Source of the DNA: Candidatus Micrarchaeia archaeon
GTDB taxonomy: Archaea > Micrarchaeota > Micrarchaeia > CABMEP01
Assembly (NCBI GenBank): GCA_038880755.1
Contig: JAVZRC010000003.1
Span: 17,231-81,230, forward strand
DNA length: 64,000 nt
Direction: 5' to 3'
Shown here: one piece after another, positions 9,103 through 18,579 of the stretch
Numbering within the stretch: the stretch's first letter is position 1
Layout of the letters: the number at the start of each line of letters is the position of its first letter
Translations under genes and position numbers: made by a program
Notes under the pieces: model-generated
What the model was told of the DNA's origin: nothing
The model's input: only the letters and a program-made list of their open reading frames with translations
The model's database searches: none

Positions 9103-10941
9103 CTATTCATCTGTCTTATTGCTTGTAATCATTCTTGGGAATATTCCAAGTGATTTTATTTCATCGATTAGAAGTTTGAATGCGTAAGACATTTCTACTT
9201 GTGAGAAGTTTGTTGAATCGCAGATAGGACAGATTGGTTTGTTCTTTAGATAATCGTAATATGCAAATGATCCACAATCATTGCAGATTATTTGGACTGT
9301 TTTATCTGATTCATCCATTAAACGCTCTTTAAGTAACATTGTTGCTCCGTATCCTATGATGCAGTCCCTTTCCATTTCTCCTAATCTGAGACCACCTTCT
9401 CTTGATCTTCCTTCTGTTGGTTGGTGTGTCAAAAGTTGTACTGGACCTCTGCTTCTTGCATGCATTTTATTAGAAACAAGATGTTGTAGTCTTTGATAGT
9501 AAATTACACCCATAAATATTTCTGCCTCAATTCTTTCTCCTGTAATACCATCATAAAGAACTTCATAACCATCAGATTCAAATCCATATTTCTTTAAAGT
9601 TTCTTTTGCCTCCTCTAAATTCGTTGGTGTGAAAGTAGTTCCATCAACACGTTTTCCTTCGAAACAAGCAGCCTTTCCTAAGAGTGTTTCAAGAAGATGA
9701 CCAACTGTCATACGAGAAGGAATTGCGTGTGGGTTAATAATTAAATCAGGTACAATACCATCCTTTGTAAATGGCATACTCTCCTGAGGTACAAGTAATC
9801 CTATAACTCCTTTCTGTCCATGTCTAGATGCAACCTTATCACCATTTTCTGGTATTTTTGTTTCTCTTACTCTAACCTTTACCATTTTGTTTCCAGATGG
9901 ACTTTGAGTAATAAGAACAGAGTCAACGATTCCTTTTTCTTCTGCCTTAAGTGTAACCGAACTTTCTTTCTTTTTCTCTTCAGCAATTCCAAATGCACTT
10001 ACTTCTTCAAGGAATCTTGGAGGAGAGGTTTTTCCTACTAATACATCTCTTCCTCCTACTTCTACCCCTGGTGAGATTAATCCATCTTCATCTAAATACT
10101 TATACGCAGTCTCTCCTCTATATCCATTAACTGTAGGAGCAGGGATTTCAAATTTATCTTTTTGTCCTCCAGGATATCTTCTTTCCTCTGTTGAATATGT
10201 TTTAAACATTTCAACTCTAAGTAGTCCTCTGTCTACTGCCGATTTGTTAACTATAACAGCATCTTCCATGTTGAATCCTCTATAACTCATTACTGCAACA
10301 ACTAAATTATTTCCTCCTATTCTTTTATCAGTTCCAAGTATTCTTTGAGGCCTAGTTGTGACAATCGGAGTTTGAGGATAGAACATCACATATGCCTTTG
10401 TATCATATCTCAATGAATAGTTGGAAGCAAATAACCCAAGTGCCTGTTTAGCCATAGAACAAGCCATGGTAGTTCTTGGTGATGAATTGTATTCCTGCAT
10501 TGGCAGTTGAGATGTAACGAAACTGAGTATGCCTACAGGATCGATTTCAAGGTGTGTGTGTTCTGGCGTTATGTCTTCTTCTCTAACTGCTATGTAAGAA
10601 AGAGTATCTTCCTCTCCCGGATCTAAATACTCTATTATGCCGTTTCTTATTAAATCCTTCCATTCGATTTCGTTGTTTTTTATTTTTGCTTTGATCTCCG
10701 GGGTTAGCTTAGATTTTCCATTTTCTACTATTATTAAAGGTCTTCTGCTTCTACCTCCATCGCTGTTTATGTAGATTTCTTTAAGCTTTGGATAAAATTC
10801 TACATTAACCTCATGATTTATTTCACCATTTCTTCTTTTTCTAATTATCTCACGTACGAGCTCTTCACCATTTGGATGAGAACCAACAATTTTACCATTA
10901 AGATATACTATGAATTCATTATTTTTCTTTGTCACGTTCAC
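9103..10941 (-). CDS. rpoB1: DNA-directed RNA polymerase subunit B' (C-terminal half of split B)
   Basis: 612 aa. SRHGQKG, GEMERDC, and a C-terminal Zn ribbon CNDCG..CPIC. GTG start; an alternative GTG lies 2 codons downstream. Confidence 0.95.
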   Translation of the reverse strand: MNVTKKNNEFIVYLNGKIVGSHPNGEELVREIIRKRRNGEINHEVNVEFYPKLKEIYINSDGGRSRRPLIIVENGKSKLTPEIKAKIKNNEIEWKDLIRNGIIEYLDPGEEDTLSYIAVREEDITPEHTHLEIDPVGILSFVTSQLPMQEYNSSPRTTMACSMAKQALGLFASNYSLRYDTKAYVMFYPQTPIVTTRPQRILGTDKRIGGNNLVVAVMSYRGFNMEDAVIVNKSAVDRGLLRVEMFKTYSTEERRYPGGQKDKFEIPAPTVNGYRGETAYKYLDEDGLISPGVEVGGRDVLVGKTSPPRFLEEVSAFGIAEEKKKESSVTLKAEEKGIVDSVLITQSPSGNKMVKVRVRETKIPENGDKVASRHGQKGVIGLLVPQESMPFTKDGIVPDLIINPHAIPSRMTVGHLLETLLGKAACFEGKRVDGTTFTPTNLEEAKETLKKYGFESDGYEVLYDGITGERIEAEIFMGVIYYQRLQHLVSNKMHARSRGPVQLLTHQPTEGRSREGGLRLGEMERDCIIGYGATMLLKERLMDESDKTVQIICNDCGSFAYYDYLKNKPICPICDSTNFSQVEMSYAFKLLIDEIKSLGIFPRMITSNKTDE

Positions 10942-10989
10942 ACCTTTTTAATTTAGTATTAACATCAAATATTGAAATTTCTCATATAC

Positions 10990-12456
10990 TCATTTCATAG
11001 TTGTCACTCCAGTTTTCTTTAGAATACTTTCCACTTCTTTTTCATCTACTCCAATTGAAATCTCATTTGTTAGAGCCATATTCTTAACTAGAGAGGCAGA
11101 TGCACCTTCTGGAGTTTCGTTTGGACATAATCTTCCAAATTGAGTTCCGTGTAGATCTCTTGCTTCAAAGTGAGGATGCACTCTGCTAAGTGGTGAATTA
11201 ATTCTTCTTAAATGAGATACTGTCGCTAGATAAGAAACTCTATCAAGAAGCTGACATACTCCTGTTTGACCTGCTATCCAGTTTCCAGTAGCCATCGCAT
11301 ATCTTATTCTATCACTTAACGAATCTGGTCTCACAAATGTTTGTACATCCTGTAATCTTCTTCCTCTTGCAACAGCTCTTTCTGCTTGATATGCTATATC
11401 TCTTACTAAGAACTGGAATGAGTATCTAAATAACTCTTCCATCAAAACTCCACTTAATTTAATTCTTTTATTTCCATAATGGTCTTTGTCATCTGCAGGG
11501 TATTTTTTGTTTGCTACAAGTGTTGTTCTTTGTGCCATTAACGCAAGGAATTTTGCTTTAAGATGCTTTGCAGCGGGAGTAGTTCCAAAGTGAGGTAGTA
11601 AATAATTGTTTAATAATACTTCTACTCTTTTGTCTCTATATTCTTTTGGTTGTCCAGGAACTGCTTTTTTACCAATCTCATCTATTGCATCGTCAACGGT
11701 CTTTACCTCACCAATTTCTATATTTAAAAGTACATCATTGATTACATGCTTATCATCATCAAATAATTCAAGTATGTCTTCATCTTTCTTTATTCCAAGA
11801 GCACGAAGTACAACCATGAATGGTAGCTTAGGTGGAGCAGCTGGAAATTCAACAGTCCATGTACCATCTTCTGATCTGTTTACCGCACATCTCATTCTTG
11901 CTCCGCCGCTTTGTGAAAATATCTTCGCAGTAATTATTGATCCTTGTTTTTCTTTGGTTACCATAATTCTATTTGCAATTAAATCCTCTATTCCGATTAA
12001 AACTCTTTCTGTTCCATTTATGATCATGTATCCTCCCGGATCCATTGGATCTTCTCCTGCTTTTATTAGTTCTCCTCTGGACATTCCTTCGGTATAACAT
12101 ATTTTTGATCTTACCATAGCAGGGATATCTCCGATATATGCAATTGTGGTTTTTCTTTCAATATCATTTATTATGGGTGTTATTTCCATATATACCCTTC
12201 CAGCATAAGTTAGATCTCTTTGTCTTGCTTCCATAGGTAGAATAGGTCTTGTTGCAGAATCAGATTCAATAACCATAGGTTTTTCAACCCATGCCCTCCC
12301 AAGCTTAAGTTCATAATTTGGGACATTAGGTCTTATTACTCCAACTGAACTTACTATTCTTTGTATTCCTTCTTCTATAAACCTATTATATGAGTCAAGA
12401 TGCTGCTTGACTAATTTATTTTCATTTAAATATTTCTCTAACAGATCCTTTGTCAC
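10990..12456 (-). CDS. rpoB2: DNA-directed RNA polymerase subunit B'' (N-terminal half of split B)
   Basis: 488 aa. N-terminal protrusion/lobe sequences ending in GRLCPNETPEG. GTG start. Order is rpoH-B''-B'-A'-A''. Confidence 0.95.
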   Translation of the reverse strand: MTKDLLEKYLNENKLVKQHLDSYNRFIEEGIQRIVSSVGVIRPNVPNYELKLGRAWVEKPMVIESDSATRPILPMEARQRDLTYAGRVYMEITPIINDIERKTTIAYIGDIPAMVRSKICYTEGMSRGELIKAGEDPMDPGGYMIINGTERVLIGIEDLIANRIMVTKEKQGSIITAKIFSQSGGARMRCAVNRSEDGTWTVEFPAAPPKLPFMVVLRALGIKKDEDILELFDDDKHVINDVLLNIEIGEVKTVDDAIDEIGKKAVPGQPKEYRDKRVEVLLNNYLLPHFGTTPAAKHLKAKFLALMAQRTTLVANKKYPADDKDHYGNKRIKLSGVLMEELFRYSFQFLVRDIAYQAERAVARGRRLQDVQTFVRPDSLSDRIRYAMATGNWIAGQTGVCQLLDRVSYLATVSHLRRINSPLSRVHPHFEARDLHGTQFGRLCPNETPEGASASLVKNMALTNEISIGVDEKEVESILKKTGVTTMK

Positions 12457-12544
12457 GTAACCATCCCCATGAGCTAGATTTTATAATTTTTTAGATCTCA
12501 TTCGAGATCCAACCTTTTAGATCAAGATCAAAAATAGAGACACA

Positions 12545-12811
12545 TCAAACAACTACCCTGTAATAAATGCTTTTTGCATGCCTATCTTCTCTATGTATTC
12601 TTATTATGTCTCCTTTTTTTGGATTAAGATGTCTTATAGCTGGATCATCTATTTTTATTTTTGGCAACTGTTCTTTTGTAGCATTGAGGCTCTCTAGTAA
12701 CTTTTTTTCATCTTCTTCTTTTACTATTTCATGTTTAGGAATTAGTTTATGCACTATAGGTTCATTTTCAAAATTCGAAATTTTGTGTTTTTTAACCTTA
12801 GTTTTGGCCAA
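12545..12811 (-). CDS. rpoH: DNA-directed RNA polymerase subunit H (Rpb5 C-domain)
   Basis: 88 aa. HKLIPKHEIV..LPKIKIDDPA..GDIIRIHR....YYRVVV is the classic RpoH pattern. It heads the RNAP operon. Confidence 0.9.
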   Translation of the reverse strand: MAKTKVKKHKISNFENEPIVHKLIPKHEIVKEEDEKKLLESLNATKEQLPKIKIDDPAIRHLNPKKGDIIRIHREDRHAKSIYYRVVV

Positions 12812-13037
12812 ATTATCACCATAGAATGCTGGTTAGATATCACTAAGGATAGCCTAACAACTAGCATTTCTTTCAGAGATCTAGATCTAAAAGCAAAATA
12901 TATTAGTTATTAAGATTTATAAATATTTTGTTACTTTTAGATTTTTTATCTTTTTTAATTTGTCAGTTATATTTTTTGATTAGTTTTTTAAAGCTCACTA
13001 CATATTTCAATAATAAATATATTTAATCAGTGATAGG

Positions 13038-13406
13038 ATGAACGATATAGGGGAGCAACTTTCTTTAGTACTTAAAGAAATTAAAAGTTCAGGAGATGTT
13101 GAGGCTTCTGTTATAATGAGAAGAGATGGAGTAATAATATCCTCAGATTTTCAAGATGTTTCTTCAAAAAATCTTTCAGTTATATCCTCACTTATTTCAG
13201 TTGCTGAGTTATCTTCTTTAGAATTGAAACGTGGTGTTTTTCAAGAGATGATGATTGAAAGTGAAAATGGTAAGATTATTTTAATTAATGCAGGAAAAAA
13301 TGCAGTTTTACTTTCATTCGTTAAAAAAGAAGGAAATATAGGTTTTATTTTGATTACTTTAGAAAGTGCAGCAAAAAAAATACAAAGTATACTTGATAAA
13401 ATTTAG
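13038..13406 (+). CDS. Roadblock/LC7 (MglB-like) domain protein
   Basis: 122 aa. The VEASVIMRRDGVIISS...ENGKIILINAGKNAVL pattern is typical of the Roadblock/LC7 fold. Confidence 0.6.
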   Translation: MNDIGEQLSLVLKEIKSSGDVEASVIMRRDGVIISSDFQDVSSKNLSVISSLISVAELSSLELKRGVFQEMMIESENGKIILINAGKNAVLLSFVKKEGNIGFILITLESAAKKIQSILDKI

Positions 13407-13431
13407 AAATTATATTTGATAGGTAGATAGA

Positions 13432-14169
13432 ATGGAAAATACAGTAAAGAGAAAGTTATTTTTTACCTCTCCTCCTAGGGTTCCTTCAGGTATATTTGGA
13501 CTTGATGATATGGTGGAGGGAGGTTTCGAAAAAAACAGTTTAAATCTCGTATGTGGGGAATTGGGATCAGGAAAAACTTTGTTTGCCATGCAATTCGCTT
13601 TCTTCGGTGCACAAAAATATAACGACAATTCATTATTTATATCATTAGAAGAGACAAAGGATGAATTAAAAAGGAGAATGGCGAGATTTGGATTTGATCT
13701 TACCGCACAAGAGGCGAGTGGAAAACTTTTGATTTATTCTTATTCTCCAAAAGAAGTAAACAAATTTATTGAAGATCTTCCTAATATAGAAAGCCTAATA
13801 AAAAAGAATAAAATATCTAGAATAGCATTTGATTCTCTTACAACGTACTCTGCTTTCTTCGATAATCCTTCAAGGAGGACACTTGAGATAGTTTCATTGA
13901 TCGATAAATTCAAAAAACTAGGTTGCACAATTGTTATCACTTCTGATCTTAAAATACCTTCTAAGACATTAGAAGCAGAGGAAGGATTGATCAATGAATA
14001 TTTAGTTGATTCAGTAATTTCGCTTTATTCTGTGAGAAGGGGAGATATTAGAGATTTTGGACTTGAGATAATAAAAATGAGAGGTACAAATCACAGTAGA
14101 AAAATTGTTCCAATGAGAATAGTACCTACAGGGATGATAGTATACCCAGATATGCCATTTATTAAGTAA
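13432..14169 (+). CDS. single-domain KaiC/RecA-superfamily ATPase
   Basis: 245 aa. PSGIFGLDDMVEGGF..LVCGELGSGKTLFAMQF (Walker A), RIAFDSL (Walker B), EIIKMRGTNH. It starts 25 nt after the Roadblock gene. Confidence 0.7.
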   Translation: MENTVKRKLFFTSPPRVPSGIFGLDDMVEGGFEKNSLNLVCGELGSGKTLFAMQFAFFGAQKYNDNSLFISLEETKDELKRRMARFGFDLTAQEASGKLLIYSYSPKEVNKFIEDLPNIESLIKKNKISRIAFDSLTTYSAFFDNPSRRTLEIVSLIDKFKKLGCTIVITSDLKIPSKTLEAEEGLINEYLVDSVISLYSVRRGDIRDFGLEIIKMRGTNHSRKIVPMRIVPTGMIVYPDMPFIK

Positions 14170-14224
14170 TATATATAAGAATTCTAAAAAACTATTTGTT
14201 TTGATTAGGAAATCGTTGATTTAG

Positions 14225-16249
14225 TTAGACTTTTAGTTCTTTTCTTAATTCTTTTATTAACTTTTCTTTTCGCTTACTGTCTTTGATTGCATGTTCAATT
14301 ACGTCTATAAGATTATTTACAGCTATTATTTCTATTTTCTTTCTTTTTTCTTCATTCAATACTATATCATCTAAATTCTCTTTCGGAACGATTACTGCCT
14401 TTAATCCTGCATCAACAGCGGCTTCAACTTTAGCTGTAACCCCACCTACTGGAAGAACCTCTCCTCTTACGCTTAATGAACCAGTCATTGCAACATCCTG
14501 TTTTATTGCAACTCCTTCCATTGCACTTAAGACCGCAAGGGCAACAGAAATCGAAGCGCTATCTCCTTCTACACCTTCGTATGTTTGTAGAAATTGAATA
14601 TGTATATCATAACCGGTTACATCTTTTTTCATATGTTTCTTTATTATTGCACTCACATTGTTAACTGCTTCTTTTGCAATTTCTCCAAGTTTTCCAGTTG
14701 CTATAACCTTTCCCTCAAATTTAGATGAAGCAGGAGTCACTTCTGCAACTATCGGCATTACCAATCCACTGCTTCCATCACCTATCACTGCTAATCCATT
14801 TACCCTTCCGACTTTTGCGCCGTGGGTCTCTAAAACACTGTATTCTTTCTTTTGTTCAATCATCATATGTGCAAGTTGTTGCTCTATTGTTTTGGCAACT
14901 CCTTTTGCCTTAAGTACATGAGATACGTCAGTCACAGGAGAGTTTTCACTCTTTGCTATATCTCCAGCAGCCCTTATAAGACCTCCTAGCTCTCTTAATT
15001 TTAATGTAAGTCTTTTTTTTCGACCAGCTTTTCTTTTTGCCTCTTTGATTATTTCAATAACAGCATCTCTTGTGAAGTGAGGTATTTTTCCGTCCTTCTT
15101 TACTTCCTGTGCAACGAATCTAACTAATTTCTCCCTATTTTCTTTAGTGTCTGGCATCGTGTCATTAAGGTATATTTCATATCCATATCCTCTTATTCTC
15201 GATCTTAATGCAGGGTGCATATTTTGAAGATCATTTAAATTTCCTGCTGCAACGAGAACAAAGTCACATGGAACTGGTTCAGTTCTAGTTAATGCTCCGC
15301 TTGACATTTCACTTTGACCCGTAATTGGAAATTTCTTTTCCTGCATTGCAGTTAAAAGATCCTGTTGTGATTTTGGATTTAATGTTCCAATTTCGTCTAT
15401 ATAAAGAACACCCATGTCAGCTCTGTGAATAGCTCCGCTCTCAACTCTGAGATGTGCTGGCGTCCCCAAACCTCCTGTTTGTAGAGGATCATGTCGCACA
15501 TCTCCAAAAAGAGCTCCTGCTTTAGCACCAGTAGCTTCGATGAAAGGTGCGGTTCTTCTTCCAGTGTTGTCCACTATAAGTTTTGGTTCGTTATATTCCT
15601 CTCTCCTGATTCCACTTTGAAGTCTTGATGTAAACATCCACATTGCAAGGAAGAACAATCCTCCAAGTACAATAGCAGCAATTATTGAAGAGTATTTCTC
15701 AATTTCTGAAAGTGCTGAAAGGTCTACGAATTGAAATATCAGCAAACCGATTATAAGAATGATAAGTAATGTAGTTATCCAAGATATGCCACCCTGTTTC
15801 TTTGGCATTAATTTTTGCATCTTACTTGCAAGTATTATTCTTCTTCCTTGCCCAATTTTTTCCTCTTCAGGCGCATTTTCAGGTGGAAGTCCATTAGGAT
15901 AGGTAAGTACTGTTTTAATCTTTGGATTATTTTCATCGAATTCATTTGGATATACTAATACATCTCTCAGGTTTTCTGCAGGCATTAGTTCAGCCATTCC
16001 TTGTGCAAGCATACTTTTTCCAGTACCTGGAGAACCAAGAAGAAGAACGTTTCTTCTTTGTGCAGCGGCTTTCTTTACTATTTCTACTGCTTTATCCTGT
16101 CCTATTATTTGATCAATTATTTTTTCGGGTATTTTTATTTCTGCAGTTGTATTAAATTTAGGGATCGTTTTTTCAATATCTTCTAGATCCTCACTTTCTT
16201 TTCTTCTTTTTTTATTTTCTTTTTTTAATTTTGAAATTTTATCTTTCAT
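14225..16249 (-). CDS. lonB: archaeal membrane-bound Lon protease (LonB)
   Basis: 674 aa. AAA+ Walker A GSPGTGKS, two TM helices inserted in the ATPase domain, C-terminal Lon protease domain ([10 protein letters not shown].., K dyad region). Confidence 0.9.
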   Translation of the reverse strand: MKDKISKLKKENKKRRKESEDLEDIEKTIPKFNTTAEIKIPEKIIDQIIGQDKAVEIVKKAAAQRRNVLLLGSPGTGKSMLAQGMAELMPAENLRDVLVYPNEFDENNPKIKTVLTYPNGLPPENAPEEEKIGQGRRIILASKMQKLMPKKQGGISWITTLLIILIIGLLIFQFVDLSALSEIEKYSSIIAAIVLGGLFFLAMWMFTSRLQSGIRREEYNEPKLIVDNTGRRTAPFIEATGAKAGALFGDVRHDPLQTGGLGTPAHLRVESGAIHRADMGVLYIDEIGTLNPKSQQDLLTAMQEKKFPITGQSEMSSGALTRTEPVPCDFVLVAAGNLNDLQNMHPALRSRIRGYGYEIYLNDTMPDTKENREKLVRFVAQEVKKDGKIPHFTRDAVIEIIKEAKRKAGRKKRLTLKLRELGGLIRAAGDIAKSENSPVTDVSHVLKAKGVAKTIEQQLAHMMIEQKKEYSVLETHGAKVGRVNGLAVIGDGSSGLVMPIVAEVTPASSKFEGKVIATGKLGEIAKEAVNNVSAIIKKHMKKDVTGYDIHIQFLQTYEGVEGDSASISVALAVLSAMEGVAIKQDVAMTGSLSVRGEVLPVGGVTAKVEAAVDAGLKAVIVPKENLDDIVLNEEKRKKIEIIAVNNLIDVIEHAIKDSKRKEKLIKELRKELKV

Positions 16250-16312
16250 TAAACCACTCTATTAATTAATATCCAGATAAAAATTTTAAAAAATATATTT
16301 TAAATAATCAAT

Positions 16313-17104
16313 TTATTTCAATCTCGAAAATGCAGTATCTCCTGTAGGTAACAAAGGAAGTATTTCATCCTTTTTAAGATTTAGTTGTTTTGCGATTTTC
16401 TCTGCAACTATTTCTTTTGAATATCTTCCAGGTTGCAGAGTAAAACAAATCTTGAATTTATCAGCCCCGCTCTCTTCTGGAAGACACAGAAGTTCACCAT
16501 TTTCATTTAATCCGATAAGTAATTTTAATTGGATCCCTCTAAAGTAATTTTTTCTTCCTGAAATAAAAAAGCTTCCTTTCTGTAAATATTCCCCCGATGG
16601 TGGAGATTTGCTTACTTGATCTTTTGTTACATAATAAACATCAATACTTCCGTATCCTGTTTTCCATGCAGATGAATAACAAGCAGCGAACTGAGCAGTC
16701 TGTTTAAGAGAAGTTTCAGGCGCATTTTTTCCTTTTTTAAGTACTACAGCAGGGGCTCCAATTATATCGGCATGAAAAAATAAATCCTCTTCCTCAAGTC
16801 TTTTCTTGACGATTTCTTCATTCTGTCCTGCGCTTTTTCCACCTATTGCTAAAAATCCATCTGTTGTAAAAAACCAATGATATTGAGTGTACCACTCTTT
16901 CTTTTCTTGTTTTTTTTCATCTTGTTTTTCTTGTTTTTTTTCTTTTAATTTTTCCTTTTCTTTCTCTATCTCTTTTCTTGTTTCTTCTATTGCTTTTCTT
17001 GTTTCTTCTAATTTTCTTTTCATTTTTTTGGAATTTTCAAAATAAGTATTTGCATTGTCAAAAACTTCCTTATTGTGATCGATTATTATTTCCATATCTA
17101 TCAA
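16313..17104 (-). CDS. coiled-coil plus NFACT-R (DUF814) domain protein; truncated Rqc2/NEMF-like
   Basis: 263 aa. WYTQYHWFFTTDGFLAIGGKSAGQNEEIVKK..FFHADIIGAPAVVLK..SAWK..DVYYV..QVSKSPPSGEYLQKGSFFISG matches the NFACT-R core. No NFACT-N domain is present. Confidence 0.7.
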   Translation of the reverse strand: MIDMEIIIDHNKEVFDNANTYFENSKKMKRKLEETRKAIEETRKEIEKEKEKLKEKKQEKQDEKKQEKKEWYTQYHWFFTTDGFLAIGGKSAGQNEEIVKKRLEEEDLFFHADIIGAPAVVLKKGKNAPETSLKQTAQFAACYSSAWKTGYGSIDVYYVTKDQVSKSPPSGEYLQKGSFFISGRKNYFRGIQLKLLIGLNENGELLCLPEESGADKFKICFTLQPGRYSKEIVAEKIAKQLNLKKDEILPLLPTGDTAFSRLK

Positions 17105-17162
17105 TATTCAAAATATTATAAATCAGATATTAAGAAGAAAAGAAAAATCTTAAAATAAGTCT

Positions 17163-17351
17163 TTATTCTTTTATCTTTGCTGCATATCTGCCTGGAGATT
17201 TTATACCTAATTTCTTTGCGATCTCAGAAACCTCTGGATTAATTATTATTACCTCTCCACTCCATCTATCTGTTAATCGTTCGCTTCCACAAAGTGGACA
17301 CTTGTTTTGACCTTTTGAAATATATTTACAATCTTTGCATGCTTTTTCCAT
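17163..17351 (-). CDS. spt4: transcription elongation factor Spt4 (RpoE'')
   Basis: 62 aa. Zn ribbon CKDC..CPLCGS followed by W.GEVIIINPE.SEIAKKLGI. Sits downstream of rpoE'. Confidence 0.85.
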   Translation of the reverse strand: MEKACKDCKYISKGQNKCPLCGSERLTDRWSGEVIIINPEVSEIAKKLGIKSPGRYAAKIKE

Positions 17352-17384
17352 ATAAACACCTGTAATGCTTTATATTAAATTTGT

Positions 17385-17996
17385 TTATTTTTTCTTTCCT
17401 TTTTCAGTTTTCTTCTCTTTTTCTTCTTCTTTTTCTCCTTTCTTCGTTTTCTTTACTTTCTCTTCTTCATATAACCAAGTTAAATTTCCTAATCCATCCC
17501 CTTTCATTGTCATTGCAATTTTAGTTTCTGGAATTGTCGGTTTCATACTCACAGATACTATCTTTGCTCTTACTATATCTCCTTTCTTTACAGTATGTTT
17601 GCTTCCTTTCAGAAGTAGGCTTCCTGTTTTTTTATCAAATGTTATAAAATCATTCGCGATTTGAGATAAGTGAACAAGTCCATCGAATGGACCTATATTT
17701 ATAAATATTCCAAAATCCATAACTTCTGTTACTTCTCCATTAACAATTTCATGTGTTTCTGGGATATACACAAGTACGTTATACTTGACATCGTAGTAGG
17801 CTGCTCCATCACCTAATACAACCTTTCCTCCTTTTATGTCGTGTATATTCCATATTTTCAATACAACTCCATTCTCTAGATCAACCTTTCTTTCATATTT
17901 GTCTTGTAATATTCTCAATATGGAATCATTAAGTTCCATTGTAAAATAAGAAGGAGGTACTCTGATTGTATCAGAAATCGTTATAACTTTGTACAT
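17385..17996 (-). CDS. rpoE1: DNA-directed RNA polymerase subunit E' (Rpo7, S1 domain) with K/E-rich C-terminal tail
   Basis: 203 aa. MYKVITISDTIRVPP start, S1 fold GEVTEVMDFGIFINIG. The last ~35 aa are EEEKVKKTKKGEKEEEKEKKTEKGKKK. Confidence 0.85.
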   Translation of the reverse strand: MYKVITISDTIRVPPSYFTMELNDSILRILQDKYERKVDLENGVVLKIWNIHDIKGGKVVLGDGAAYYDVKYNVLVYIPETHEIVNGEVTEVMDFGIFINIGPFDGLVHLSQIANDFITFDKKTGSLLLKGSKHTVKKGDIVRAKIVSVSMKPTIPETKIAMTMKGDGLGNLTWLYEEEKVKKTKKGEKEEEKEKKTEKGKKK

Positions 17997-18155
17997 AAGA
18001 TCAAACCTCGCAATTCAAATCAACATTTATATTTGGCAAAATCCAGATAGGACACTGCCATATAATTAATGTAATACCCGACTAGCCACTTATAATAGCT
18101 TAGAATATACATTAAATACTATATATTGATTCAGAAAATTTTAAATTGTATTGAT

Positions 18156-18575
18156 TTAGTCTCTAAGCATTATAATTTGTGCGCCCAATCTTTTTAAATA
18201 TTGCTTGAGTTTCTTATCGTATGTTACTATAGATAGTTTTTGTTTCTTCGCTATTTTTATGAACCATCTATCTAAAGGTGGATCTGCTTTTTCGACATTT
18301 ATCTTCCCGTCCTTTTCCCATTTTTGAATTATTTTTAGTGCTATAGTCGCATTTCTTTTTTCAGACAAACTACTCGCCTTTGAGTTGATAATTTTTTCTA
18401 ATTCATTATATATTCCAGAAGGGATCACTATAGTGGATTCAGTACTTCTAATTTTCTTATTAAGGGTTTCTAAGATGTCAATCTTCTTTTGTATAGAATA
18501 AATAATCGCATTGGTATCAAACGTTAATATTTGTTTTTCTTCGTTTCTTTTTATATCTTTGTTTTCCTTTTTCAT
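18156..18575 (-). CDS. PIN-domain protein (Fcf1/Utp24-like type)
   Basis: 139 aa. LTFDTNAII (first acidic residue), VIPSGIYNELEK, IVTYDKKLKQ. PIN genes adjacent to rpoE' are a known archaeal arrangement. Confidence 0.6.
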   Translation of the reverse strand: MKKENKDIKRNEEKQILTFDTNAIIYSIQKKIDILETLNKKIRSTESTIVIPSGIYNELEKIINSKASSLSEKRNATIALKIIQKWEKDGKINVEKADPPLDRWFIKIAKKQKLSIVTYDKKLKQYLKRLGAQIIMLRD

Positions 18576-18579
18576 TTAA

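Noticed and set aside
12877-12890. Palindrome AGATCTAGATCT in the rpoH/Roadblock divergent promoter; the 13-mer GATCTAGATCTAA recurs at 24335-24347 upstream of tRNA-Ala
   Set aside because: Both copies are intergenic, which is suggestive. However, a single shared 13-mer in 64 kb of AT-rich DNA is within chance expectation and I cannot count genome-wide occurrences. Worth a motif count, but not claimed as a site.
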